Shown: positions 52,891-62,385 of the stretch, piece by piece
Layout of the letters: each line of letters opens with the position of its first letter
How positions within the stretch are numbered: position 1 is the stretch's first letter
Assembly: GCA_963841435.1 (NCBI GenBank)
Contig: CAWJCS010000003.1
Span: forward strand, 832,001-896,000
From: an uncultured delta proteobacterium
Lineage (GTDB): Bacteria; Myxococcota_A; Polyangia; Polyangiales; Polyangiaceae
Direction: 5' to 3'
DNA length: 64,000 bases
Translations under genes and position numbers: made by a program
The notes under the pieces: generated by a model
The model's input: the letters and a program-made list of their open reading frames with translations, nothing else
Told to the model about the DNA's origin: nothing
Databases searched by the model: none

Positions 52891-54519
52891 TCAGTAGATG
52901 CGCGGGGGCGGCGTCTCGTACAGGCTCTTGACCTTCTCGGCGAAGGACACGGTATTGCCGATCGCAAACGTCATCTCCTGCAGCACCTCCTTCTCTTGGT
53001 TCACTTCCTGAACCACGCCCGCTGACGAGTAGGTGATGATGGTGTTGCCGTTGTCGAGGCGCTGCACGTCGCCGCCGAAGGCCGCGCTCAGGCCGGCGTC
53101 GTAGCTCCAGAGCTCGGTTGCCGTCTTGGCCGTGAGATCGAGCTGGTATTCGTGGACGATCGAGTTTTGGCCGGCGTTGCCGTTGCTGAACAAGAGCAGA
53201 TGGTCGGGCGTGAGCATGTGGATGCCGTGCTGACGGCTCCAGGTTCCACCGCTGATCGTCGCGTGCTGCCCGCCCAAGATCCACTGGATCTGCCCCTGGC
53301 GGCTGATGTGCACGATGTGGCTCGCCTCGTAGTCCGAGAACGTGAAGCTGTCGTCCGCGGCCGAGTACACGAGGAAGTTCACGTGGCACATCGTGCTCTG
53401 GCTCGCCTGCATGGCGTCAACGAGCGACGTCAACGTCCCGGTCGAGGGGTCGAACTCGAGGATTTCGTCGCAACCCGACGGCGCGTGCGCGATGAGCCCG
53501 ATGTGACCGTCGGGGATGACGGCGAGATCGTGGGTCGTCTTCGGCAGGTCCCAACGCTCCTCGTTGATGCCGTCGAGCGAAACGCGCTTGACGACGCCCG
53601 TGCCGTCGGTCTGCGCCGTGTTGCGGATCCACATCGATTTTCCATCGAACGAGAGGCGCGTGCGGATCACGTCGACGTCACCCGGGTACCACCAGACGAT
53701 GTCGCCGTCGGAGTCGAGCACGATGGCCGGGCCGTCGTTGTTCATGCCCCAGCGCGCCGTGATCAGGAAGCCGCCGTAGAGCGCGGACGGCGCGGCGTTC
53801 GTCGTCACGGTGGGCTTGGTGACGAGGTTCGTGGCCGCGTCCGTCATGACGGTGAAGTCGTCGCTGTCGCAGCGCTGGGTGCCCGCGTTGCCGACCACGC
53901 GGAAGTGGTAGGTGTGAGACCCCTTCATGCCGAGCAGCAGCGTTCGATGGTTCGCCGCCGCGAGGTCGACGGGCGCCGTCATGCCGTAGCTCGTGTCGAG
54001 CCCGAACTCGATGTGCGCACTGTCCATCCCGGGCAAATCGCTCGACCACTCGACGATGCCGACGGTGCCGATCTTCGGGCTCAGCGAAGAGGTCACGCTG
54101 AAGCTACAGGTCGTGTTGGCGACACCACCCGTCGCCCCGCTTCCCGCGCCGCCGAGCGCACCCGTGCCACCGAGCGCACCCGTGCCGGCGAGCGCGCCCG
54201 TGCCGGCGAGCGCGCCCGTGCCACCGAGCGCGCCCGTGCCACCGAGCCCCGCGGTGCCGCCCGGCGCACCACCCGTGACGCCGCCGCCGGAAAAGCCCGC
54301 GCCGCCGGCACTGCCGCCGAGCCCCGCCGCCGCGGCCACACCGCCGCTTCCCGAGCTTCCCGCGACGAGCCCGCCCGTGCCCGACGAGCTGCCGGCCACG
54401 GCGCCGCCGCTCCCGCCCGAGGCCGACGGCGTGTCATCCGAACCATTGACCGTGCAGCTCAGCGCGCTGGCGAGCAGCGGCGCGAGCAACACGCGGCGAG
54501 CCTGCGCGTGTCGTTTCAT
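52891..54519 (-). CDS. arylsulfotransferase (ASST)-like beta-propeller lipoprotein
   Basis: Lipobox ALSC, Gly-rich linker, Ig/Fn3-like domain, TTHD, CHVN, RQHG, LLFSNG, GDVQRLDNGNTII. Confidence 0.75.
   Translation of the reverse strand: MKRHAQARRVLLAPLLASALSCTVNGSDDTPSASGGSGGAVAGSSSGTGGLVAGSSGSGGVAAAAGLGGSAGGAGFSGGGVTGGAPGGTAGLGGTGALGGTGALAGTGALAGTGALGGTGALGGAGSGATGGVANTTCSFSVTSSLSPKIGTVGIVEWSSDLPGMDSAHIEFGLDTSYGMTAPVDLAAANHRTLLLGMKGSHTYHFRVVGNAGTQRCDSDDFTVMTDAATNLVTKPTVTTNAAPSALYGGFLITARWGMNNDGPAIVLDSDGDIVWWYPGDVDVIRTRLSFDGKSMWIRNTAQTDGTGVVKRVSLDGINEERWDLPKTTHDLAVIPDGHIGLIAHAPSGCDEILEFDPSTGTLTSLVDAMQASQSTMCHVNFLVYSAADDSFTFSDYEASHIVHISRQGQIQWILGGQHATISGGTWSRQHGIHMLTPDHLLLFSNGNAGQNSIVHEYQLDLTAKTATELWSYDAGLSAAFGGDVQRLDNGNTIITYSSAGVVQEVNQEKEVLQEMTFAIGNTVSFAEKVKSLYETPPPRIY
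54153..54242. repeat. 18-bp coding tandem repeat x5 (GGTGAL/AGTGAL linker)
   Basis: CGAGCGC(A/G)CCCGTGCC(AC/GG) units. Confidence 0.9.
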
Positions 54520-54678
54520 TGAAGGTCAATCTATATTCCGAATTGACCGTGGCGCACCCGATTGGCACGCGTCCGATTACGATTTTCCGTGACGCGCGCG
54601 CCGTCGTGCGCGGGGCGCCTGCTCACGATGCGTCCGGTTACTAAGCTCGCATGGCGAGCTGTACCGGCGTGCCACGCC

Positions 54679-56289
54679 TCACGGATATTGCGTGTAGTCT
54701 AGAAAATTCCCGGTGAGCATCAGCATGGACATCATCGTCCACGACTCGTCGTAGTACTGCCCACCGCACCACATGTTGTTCTGCTTCAGCATGCCCCACG
54801 CGGCATCGATGAAGCTCTGGAAGCTCGGGCTGTGCATGGCGCCGACGCCGGCGGGCCCGATGAACGCCGCGGAAAGACCCCCGTATTGCGAGGGATATTG
54901 GGGGTTCGGCGTGCCATCGAGCTGATAGCCGTCAACGATGTTCGGCGCCGTGATGCCCGCGAAGAACTGGCTCGTCTTCGACACGTAGCCGACGGCGCGC
55001 GTGTCGCCGGTGAAGCACGCGTCGAGACCGATGCGGAACGGCGTGCGACAGGAATCGTACTGGTACGTGTACGGTAGCCCGCCCTGGCCCGGCCCCACCT
55101 CCGCGGGGCTTCCATTCGCCTGTGACCACGCGGGCACGAGCCCGTTCGACTGATTACCGTTCTCGCTCTTCAGGTTGTTGTCGATCACCTGGTAGACGTA
55201 GTCGACGACGGAGCTCGCCCAGCGGCTCTCCCCCGTGACCTGGGCGAACACCTTGTAATACGCCGGCGCGAAGTACGAGATATTGAGGCTGGTGTCGCCG
55301 CCCCAGCTCGAGCCGTTCTTCGGCAGACGATTGTTGTCGATCTCGTAGGACCAGATGTCGCCGAGCATCTGCTTGGCCGAGTCGAGGTAGCTCTTCGAAA
55401 GGCTGCCCTGGCCACCCCATTGCTCGTTCGCCATCACGAGGGCCCACGCCATGTCCTCGTCGGCGTCGGTCGCGGCGCCGTAGCCGTCTTGACCGCCGGA
55501 ATCCTGCGTCGAAACGTTGCCGTCGGCGAGGATGTACCAGTTCATCAGCACGGTCAACGCGGGATTGCCGAACTGCGGCGTGTACTGCCAGGTGTGCGCG
55601 AGCGAGTACTTCCAGAGATCGTCGAAGAGCGACTGATCATCCATGTACACGGCGATCATCATCCCGTACGCGATGCCCTCGGACACCGTGGAGTCCTTGT
55701 TGAGCCCGGGCTCGGCCGGCCGCTTGACGCGCCGGAAGCCGCCCGCGCCGTCGGACGTCACGAGGTCGGCCTTCCACGCGTCGTAGACGTTCTTTACGTC
55801 CTGGTTGTCGAAGACCGACGGGTACGTGCAGTGCGAGCTGCGGCGGTTCTGCGGGAAGGGGAACTTCAACGTCGCGGAGGGGGGCGTCGGGCCCATGCCG
55901 CTGCTGCCGCCGCCCGTGCCGCCGCTCGCCACGCCCGCGCTACCGCTCGCGCCGCCCGCACTCGCACCGGCCACGCCGCCGCTCGAGCTACCGCCGCTCG
56001 AAGTGCCGCCGTTGCCGGCGCTCGCTGCGGTGCCGGCGCTCCCCGAGACGCCACCGCCGCCGCTCGCTGCCGAGACGCCACCCGAGCCCGCGCCGCTTGC
56101 GGCACCGGTTCCAGCCCCGCCCGTCGTGCCCCCGGAGCCGAGGCCGCTCGTCCCTCCCGCGCCAGGGGAGGCGGACGTGCCGTTGTCGTCGTCGTCGGCC
56201 GGCGACGCCGAATCGCACGACAGCAGCAGGAAACACGGGGCAAGGACCAGGGCCGTGCCAAAGAGAAGTGCTCGACTCGACAAGCGCAT
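54679..56289 (-). CDS. glycoside hydrolase family 8 lipoprotein (endoglucanase/lichenase-like)
   Basis: Lipobox LLSC, Gly/Ser linker; TVSEGIAYGM, ATDADED, NISYFAPAYY, YDSCRTPFR. Confidence 0.9.
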   Translation of the reverse strand: MRLSSRALLFGTALVLAPCFLLLSCDSASPADDDDNGTSASPGAGGTSGLGSGGTTGGAGTGAASGAGSGGVSAASGGGGVSGSAGTAASAGNGGTSSGGSSSGGVAGASAGGASGSAGVASGGTGGGSSGMGPTPPSATLKFPFPQNRRSSHCTYPSVFDNQDVKNVYDAWKADLVTSDGAGGFRRVKRPAEPGLNKDSTVSEGIAYGMMIAVYMDDQSLFDDLWKYSLAHTWQYTPQFGNPALTVLMNWYILADGNVSTQDSGGQDGYGAATDADEDMAWALVMANEQWGGQGSLSKSYLDSAKQMLGDIWSYEIDNNRLPKNGSSWGGDTSLNISYFAPAYYKVFAQVTGESRWASSVVDYVYQVIDNNLKSENGNQSNGLVPAWSQANGSPAEVGPGQGGLPYTYQYDSCRTPFRIGLDACFTGDTRAVGYVSKTSQFFAGITAPNIVDGYQLDGTPNPQYPSQYGGLSAAFIGPAGVGAMHSPSFQSFIDAAWGMLKQNNMWCGGQYYDESWTMMSMLMLTGNFLDYTQYP

Positions 56290-56447
56290 GGTTTTAATCT
56301 TGCCCGCCAGGCGGCTCGTGCCAAGCGCGACGTCGCCCTTTACTGGCACGACATGCTGTCCACGCTCAAAAAACTCAACGACCTCAGAAACGGTCACCGT
56401 GAACGCCTGGACGGCCGGCGGAACGGGTACCTGGAAGGGTGAGTACC

Positions 56448-58028
56448 ATGCGCCTGCGTCTCGGGGTCCTCCCGTTCGGTCTCGTGGCGCTCTTCGGCGC
56501 GGCGGGTGGTCAGGGTTGCGGCTCCGGGTCGTCCGGGGACGACGCAGGCCGCGGCGGCGCAGAAGCCACGGCGGGCAGAGGCGGAGCGGGTATGTCGAGC
56601 GGCGGCGGCTCGGGCGCCACGTCCGGCTCGGGCGGCTCGAGCGGTAGCATCGATGTCACGACGGGGGGCGGGGCCGGAGTGGCAAGCGGCGGGTCCGCCG
56701 GCCTCGATGAATGCGCGGGAGACATCTCCAAGGCCGAGCTCTTGCCGCTCGACATCGTCGTGATGCTCGACAGCTCGAGCTCGATGCTCGACGACACCCA
56801 AACAGCAGGCACGAAGTGGGACGCGGTGAGCCGCGCGCTCGCCGCGTTCGTCACCGACACGGCGTCCGCGGGAATCGGCGTGGGATTGCAGTTCTTCCCG
56901 CTCCACGACCCAGCGGTTCCCGACACGTGCGACACCGACGCCGAATGCGGCTCGTTCGGGCCCTGCTTCCAGAAGTTCTGCCAGAACGCGGGCCCGGACT
57001 TTTACCCGTGCGCGAACAATCAGGACTGCGTCGCCAACAACGACGACTTCGGCCCCTGCGCGCCACTCACCTACTGTTGGCCGCCCGCTGATCCTCTAGA
57101 GCTTTGCCACAACGCCACCGAGTGCCCCATGGCCGGCGATTGCGTGCCCTTCGCCGAATGCAGCGGCGACACGCAATACGCGTGCAATCAGGTTGGCCAA
57201 ATGTGCGGCCAGGGCCTGGGTACCTGCCAGGCGTTCGACCCGACCTCGATCTGCATTCACACGAGCAGCTGCAGCGCCGCCGCGTACGCCGCGCCTGCCG
57301 CGGAGATCGCGGTGCTCCCCGGCGCCGCCGCCGGCATTCGCCGCGCCATCGACGCCCAGATGCCCAACGGCGACACGCCGACCGCGCCCGCCCTCGACGG
57401 CGCCATCCAGCATGCGCAGGCCTGGGCCGACGCTCACGCCGATCACAAAGTCGTCGTGCTGCTCGCGACCGACGGGCTGCCGACCGAGTGCATCGCCGAT
57501 CCGGGCACGGATCCGACCGGCATCGACGAAGTCGCGGGCATTGCGGCCGCAGGGCTCGCCGGCTCACCGAGCATCGCGACGTTCGTGATCGGCGTGTTTG
57601 CTCCCACCGACATGGGCGCGGGCGCGAACCTCGACGCCATCGCCGTCGCGGGCGGCAGCGACTCTGCTTTCATCGTCGACACGAGCCTCAACGTCGAACA
57701 GGAGTTCCTCGCCGCGCTCGACGCGATCCGCGGTACGCGGTTGCCCTGCGAGTTCCAGATCCCCGAGCCCGAGGCAGGCAAGACGCTCGACTACCAGCAG
57801 GTCAACGTGCGTTTCACCGCCGGTGGGAGCGAGCAGACGCTCTACTACTGGGACGACAAGAGCGCGTGCGACGCGACCGACGGCGGCTGGTACTACGATG
57901 TCGACCCGACGCAGGGCAAGCCCACGAAGATCATCGCTTGCCCGAAGAGCTGCGAAGCGCTCCAGGGCGCGAGCGACGGCACCGTCGAGATCGTGCTCGG
58001 GTGCACGACGGTGACGGTGGTCAAGTAG
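56448..58028 (+). CDS. secreted VWA-domain protein with Cys-rich insertion
   Basis: MIDAS DSSSSM, TPT, ATDG, TFVIG; 17-Cys insert; C-terminal CEFQIP...VNV...GWYYD...IIACP.SC...GC domain. Confidence 0.88.
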   Translation: MRLRLGVLPFGLVALFGAAGGQGCGSGSSGDDAGRGGAEATAGRGGAGMSSGGGSGATSGSGGSSGSIDVTTGGGAGVASGGSAGLDECAGDISKAELLPLDIVVMLDSSSSMLDDTQTAGTKWDAVSRALAAFVTDTASAGIGVGLQFFPLHDPAVPDTCDTDAECGSFGPCFQKFCQNAGPDFYPCANNQDCVANNDDFGPCAPLTYCWPPADPLELCHNATECPMAGDCVPFAECSGDTQYACNQVGQMCGQGLGTCQAFDPTSICIHTSSCSAAAYAAPAAEIAVLPGAAAGIRRAIDAQMPNGDTPTAPALDGAIQHAQAWADAHADHKVVVLLATDGLPTECIADPGTDPTGIDEVAGIAAAGLAGSPSIATFVIGVFAPTDMGAGANLDAIAVAGGSDSAFIVDTSLNVEQEFLAALDAIRGTRLPCEFQIPEPEAGKTLDYQQVNVRFTAGGSEQTLYYWDDKSACDATDGGWYYDVDPTQGKPTKIIACPKSCEALQGASDGTVEIVLGCTTVTVVK

Positions 58029-58176
58029 CGCTCTTTTCGCTGTGGGTGGACGCGCTGTACGGCCCCTCTTGGGATATCAGCCAGTAGGGAAACTGGAGGT
58101 TTAGCGTGCGTGCAGCAGGGCGGCGCGCGCGGCGGGCGCTCCCGTAAGGCGGTGGCGCGTGCTAGCTTCCGGCACC

Positions 58177-59460
58177 ATGTGGGAAAGGACTGCTCTCGTC
58201 TTGCTGTCCTTTGCGGCCTTCGCGTGCGGGGGCGGAAACGAAGGCTCGCCGGAGGAGTCCTCGGTGGGCTCACGAGCCGGCGAGGTCGGCAGCGGTGGCA
58301 GTGGCGGAACGGGGCCGACCGTCACCTGGGCGAGTGACATAGCGCCCATCGTCGATCGAGAGTGCGTTGGATGCCACCGCGAGGGCGGCATCGCGCCGTT
58401 CTCGCTCACGAGCTACGCCGACGCCGCGCCGCGCGCGCGTAGTATGGCCTCGGCGACGCGTGACCGCATCATGCCGCCCATGCCCGTCGACAACAGCGGC
58501 TCGTGCAACACCTTCGCGAACGCGCGCTGGCTCGACGACGACGAGATCGCGCTAATCGCCGCCTGGTCTGCCGCGGGTGCTCCAGAGGGCGACCGCTCGA
58601 AGACGCCACCGGTTCCGCCGCCTCCCGCGGGCCTCACCCGCGTCGATGTCACGGTCGACCCCGGCGAGAGCTACACGCCGAACCCCGGCTACACCGACGA
58701 CTACCGCTGCTTCGTCGTCGATCCGGGCCTCGCCGCGCCGACCTTCCTCGTCGCCTACGACGTCGTGCCGGGCGACGCGCGCATCGTGCATCACGCCATT
58801 CTCTACGCGCCCTCGAGCGACGAAGAATCGCAGAACGCCGTGGACCTCGACGCCGCCGAGGCGGGCCTCGGCTACACGTGCTTCGGCAGCTCCCGCGTTG
58901 ACGCGAGCCCCCTTGCGATCTGGGCCCCGGGCGGCGGCGTGACGACGCTGCCGACGGACACGGGGCTCGCGCTGCCCGCGCGCAAGCTCGTCCTGGAGGT
59001 TCACTACAACGTCCAGGCCGGCGTGTTCCCCGACCGCACGACCGTGAGGATCCAGACCTCACCCGTCGTCTCGCACCCCGCTGCCCTCGTGCCCATCGGG
59101 GACCTGTCGCTGTCCGTGCCACCGGGTGAGGAGCTGGCCGTCTCCATGCGCGAATTCACGCTCAAGGAACCGCTCGGCACCGCGACCGTGTACGGCGTCG
59201 TGCCCCACATGCACACGCTCGGCCGCACGCTCGGATTGCAAGCGACGATTGGCTCCGACAGCCTTTGCATGGTCAGCGTCGATCGCTGGGATTTTCACTG
59301 GCAAAATGCCTGGTGGTACGAACATCCCATGAGCGTTACCGGCGCGACGAGCTTCACGCTGAGCTGTGGCTACGACACGCGAGAGCGCACCGACAACGTG
59401 ACGTGGGGCGACGGCACGCGCGACGAAATGTGCCTCGTGTACCTCTACGCGGCGCTCTGA
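58177..59460 (+). CDS. cytochrome c-fused copper type II (PHM/DBH-like) monooxygenase lipoprotein
   Basis: Lipobox AFAC; CVGCH; DDYRCF, IVHHAI, LEVHY, PHMH, WDFHWQ, DEMC. Confidence 0.82.
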   Translation: MWERTALVLLSFAAFACGGGNEGSPEESSVGSRAGEVGSGGSGGTGPTVTWASDIAPIVDRECVGCHREGGIAPFSLTSYADAAPRARSMASATRDRIMPPMPVDNSGSCNTFANARWLDDDEIALIAAWSAAGAPEGDRSKTPPVPPPPAGLTRVDVTVDPGESYTPNPGYTDDYRCFVVDPGLAAPTFLVAYDVVPGDARIVHHAILYAPSSDEESQNAVDLDAAEAGLGYTCFGSSRVDASPLAIWAPGGGVTTLPTDTGLALPARKLVLEVHYNVQAGVFPDRTTVRIQTSPVVSHPAALVPIGDLSLSVPPGEELAVSMREFTLKEPLGTATVYGVVPHMHTLGRTLGLQATIGSDSLCMVSVDRWDFHWQNAWWYEHPMSVTGATSFTLSCGYDTRERTDNVTWGDGTRDEMCLVYLYAAL

Positions 59461-59500
59461 GCGCGCAGGAAGGTCGCAGGCTTGGTCCGCGCCTCGCCGT

Positions 59501-60349
59501 GTGCTTTGCTGCCCTGGGTCCTTGTTCTCGCGCACGTTCGGCATCCTGCTCTGGTTCGTTCTGCCGGTTGCTCTGGTCGGCTTTCTCGATCTGACCACGG
59601 GGCCCGAGTACGGGCTCTCGATCCTCTACCTCGTGCCCGTCGTCCTCGCCGGGTGGCTCCAGGGCCCGAAGGTGGCAGGCGCCATCGCGCTCGAGGCCGC
59701 CGGGCTTTGGCTTTGGGCGGAGTCCATCACGCGCCCCGACGCCCCGCTGCTCGCGATTGCCTGGAACGGCTTCACGCGCCTGGCCATCTACGTGGCCATG
59801 GGCCTCGGCGCCGGCGTCCTGCGCGCCGACCGCGAACAGTTCAGAGAGCTCGCGCGCCGCGAGCAGGAGCTCGCCCGCACCGATCTCGTCACGGGCCTCA
59901 GCAATCGGCGAGCCTTCGACGAGCAGCTTCAGGCCGATCTCGCCCGCTCGCGCCGGGACCAGCGACCCCTGTCGGTGCTGATGCTCGATCTCGACAATTT
60001 CAAGCGCGTCAACGACGCCGAAGGGCACGCTGTCGGCGACCGTGCTCTCGCCGAGGTGGCCGTTGCCTTGCGTGGCGTGCTGCGCGAGGGCGACCGCGTC
60101 GCGCGGGTCGGCGGGGACGAGTTCGCCGCGATTCTCTGGGGCGTCGACGCCAGGGGTGCGCGCAGCGTCGCCGAGCGCGCCGTTCGCGCGGTCCGCAAGA
60201 TTGCGGAGCGCTATCCCAGCACCGAGCTCGGTGCGAGCGCCGGCGTCGCAGAGGACCAGGGCGGCGAGGCGAGCGCGCTCGTCGCGGCCGCAGACCAGGC
60301 GCTTTACCGAGCCAAGGAGGGCGGCAAGGGCATGGTCGAAGGACCCTAG
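59501..60349 (+). CDS. membrane-bound diguanylate cyclase (GGDEF)
   Basis: N-terminal TMs; DLVTGLSNRR, DLDNFKRVND..GH..GD, RxxD I-site REGD, GGDEF; true start may be TTG 59522. Confidence 0.92.
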   Translation: MLCCPGSLFSRTFGILLWFVLPVALVGFLDLTTGPEYGLSILYLVPVVLAGWLQGPKVAGAIALEAAGLWLWAESITRPDAPLLAIAWNGFTRLAIYVAMGLGAGVLRADREQFRELARREQELARTDLVTGLSNRRAFDEQLQADLARSRRDQRPLSVLMLDLDNFKRVNDAEGHAVGDRALAEVAVALRGVLREGDRVARVGGDEFAAILWGVDARGARSVAERAVRAVRKIAERYPSTELGASAGVAEDQGGEASALVAAADQALYRAKEGGKGMVEGP

Positions 60350-60442
60350 CGGGGCCCGCGCCGCCGCCGCCTGCGACCGAGCTCGCCGGTCAGAGCCCTT
60401 TGTGTTTGCTGAATCCGCTGGAGGGCGTTAGCGGTAACGAGC

Positions 60443-61426
60443 ATGCATTTCGGACTGTCCTCGAAGCGCTGGTTCTGGGTCGTACCGGGGGCGCTGGTGT
60501 CGCTCGTCGCGTACTTCCAGGCGCGCGGGGTGTCCTCGCTCCTGGGCGCCACGCTGATCAGCCGATCGGGCGGAGGCGGGGCCCGCTTTCGCGCGGCGCG
60601 GCCGGCGGCTTCCGGTTCGGCGCGTTCGGGCGATCCCGTGCTCGAGCGAAACGCGTTCGATTCCGCGACGGGACCACTCACTGGCGACGCCCTCGAAGCC
60701 GTGCTGCCACCGCCCCCGGCACCCGATCCCCTCGAGGTTCCGCGCTGCGGGGACGTGCGCGTCGTCGCCACCGCCGAGAGCGAGGATCCCCTCGAGTCGC
60801 AGGCCGTGCTGCAGGTCGAGGGTGACGACCGCGGGGTCGTGCGCCGCGTCGGCGACCCCATCGGCGACCGCCAGGTGGCGTTCATCGGCCACAACCCACT
60901 CGAGATGAGCCCCGGGGTCTGGTTGCTCGGCGAGACCGGACTCTGCCAGAGCCTCGTCTTCGACCAGCCGTCGCTCGAGCCGCGCCGCGCGAGCAACGCG
61001 AAGCACGAGTCGAAGCCGAAGAAGGGCGAGCACAAGAGTCCGAAGGGTCGAGCCAAGACCCCGAAGCTTCCGTCGAGCATCCGCAAAAAAATTGCCGAGA
61101 TCGGCCCGGGTCGCTACCGCGTCGAACGCTCGGCCCTCGAAGCGATCATCGAGAAGGCGACGGTCTACATGAAGAGCGTGCGTATTCGCCCGCAAAAGGA
61201 GGGTGACAAGGTCGTCGGGGTGCAGCTCTCGCGCGTCCAGAAGGGCACGCTGCTCGACGTTTTGGGGCTCAAGAACGGCGACCGGATCCAATCGATCAAC
61301 GGGTTCGAGCTCGCCGGCCCCGCGCAGGCACTTCAGGCCTACGCGCGCCTGCGCCTCGCCGACAACATCCGCGTTCAGGCAGTCCGCGGCGGTCGCCCTC
61401 TCGAGCTCGAGTACCGAATTCAGTGA
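60443..61426 (+). CDS. type II secretion protein C-like (GspC, PDZ)
   Basis: N-terminal TM, RNAFDS, RRVGD, C-terminal PDZ LGLKNGDRIQSINGF...RGGRP.ELEYRI. Confidence 0.8.
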   Translation: MHFGLSSKRWFWVVPGALVSLVAYFQARGVSSLLGATLISRSGGGGARFRAARPAASGSARSGDPVLERNAFDSATGPLTGDALEAVLPPPPAPDPLEVPRCGDVRVVATAESEDPLESQAVLQVEGDDRGVVRRVGDPIGDRQVAFIGHNPLEMSPGVWLLGETGLCQSLVFDQPSLEPRRASNAKHESKPKKGEHKSPKGRAKTPKLPSSIRKKIAEIGPGRYRVERSALEAIIEKATVYMKSVRIRPQKEGDKVVGVQLSRVQKGTLLDVLGLKNGDRIQSINGFELAGPAQALQAYARLRLADNIRVQAVRGGRPLELEYRIQ

Positions 61427-61499
61427 CGCCACGAGGCGGGCGCACACCGAAAGCGCCTGCACCTTCTCGCCGGCCGAAAACTGAAGGTTCGAACCCTCC

Positions 61500-62384
61500 A
61501 TGCCGCATCGAGCCCCGGTCATCGACAGCCACGTGCACCTCTACGAGGTGACGCGCCCCGGCGGCGTGCCCTGGCCGCCGGCGGGCAGCGGGGCGCTCGA
61601 CGAGAATCGACTTCTGCCCGACTACGAGGCCCTCGCGCGGCCGCTCGGCGTGGTCGGCACCGTCGTCGTCGAGGCGAGCCCGCTCGTCGAGGACACGCGC
61701 TGGGTGCTCGAGCACGTCGGGGAAAATCCACTCTTCGTCGGGCTCGTGGCCGCGCTCGACGTGACGGCGCCGGACGTCGAGCACCGGCTCGCCGCGCTCG
61801 CCGCCGAGCCACGCGTCGTCGGCGTGCGGGCGTTCCTCTGGACGGGAAGCATCCAAATGAGCGAAGCCGAGCTCGCGCTCTTCGGCGAGCTCGCGCGAAA
61901 CGACATGACGCTCGACCTCGTCAGCCGCAAGGGCAGAAACCCGGCCGAGCGCGTCGTGCGGCTCGCCGAGGCGGCGCCCGGGCTCCGCGTCGTCGTCGAT
62001 CACCTCGCGGGCGCCCGGGGAAAAGAGCCGAACGAGCATTGGCGCAACGAGGTGAAGCGCCTTTCGTCGTGCCCGAACGTCCACCTCAAGCTCTCCGCGC
62101 TCTACGACATGTTCAATGCCGGACCCGACGAGAACACGCCCTGGGCTTCGCCGGCGACGGTCAACGCCTACCGGACGCACCTCGACGCCGCGCTCGAAGC
62201 GTTCGGCGACGCGCGCCTGATCTTCGGCAGCAACTGGCCCGTCACGGAGATGAGCGGCTCACTCGCCGATGAGCTCCGCCTCATCGAGGAGTACCTCGCG
62301 CCCCTCGGCACGACGGCGCGAAACCGCGTGATGCACGACAACGCGCGCGCTTTCTACCGGCGCTTTGCCGCGCCCCGCTCGTAG
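61500..62384 (+). CDS. amidohydrolase family 2 protein (lactonase-like)
   Basis: IDSHVH, VVDHLA, NVHLKLS, FG..RLIFGSNWPV. Confidence 0.88.
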   Translation: MPHRAPVIDSHVHLYEVTRPGGVPWPPAGSGALDENRLLPDYEALARPLGVVGTVVVEASPLVEDTRWVLEHVGENPLFVGLVAALDVTAPDVEHRLAALAAEPRVVGVRAFLWTGSIQMSEAELALFGELARNDMTLDLVSRKGRNPAERVVRLAEAAPGLRVVVDHLAGARGKEPNEHWRNEVKRLSSCPNVHLKLSALYDMFNAGPDENTPWASPATVNAYRTHLDAALEAFGDARLIFGSNWPVTEMSGSLADELRLIEEYLAPLGTTARNRVMHDNARAFYRRFAAPRS

Positions 62385-62385
62385 G

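Noticed and set aside
56326..56360. TGGCAC motifs suggesting sigma54 promoters (also at about 54563)
   Set aside because: No TTGC -12 element at the required spacing
47102..62385. Mobile genomic island inserted between the gltC-like and gltD-like genes
   Set aside because: No integrase, transposase, tRNA or flanking direct repeats seen; composition similar to the flanks
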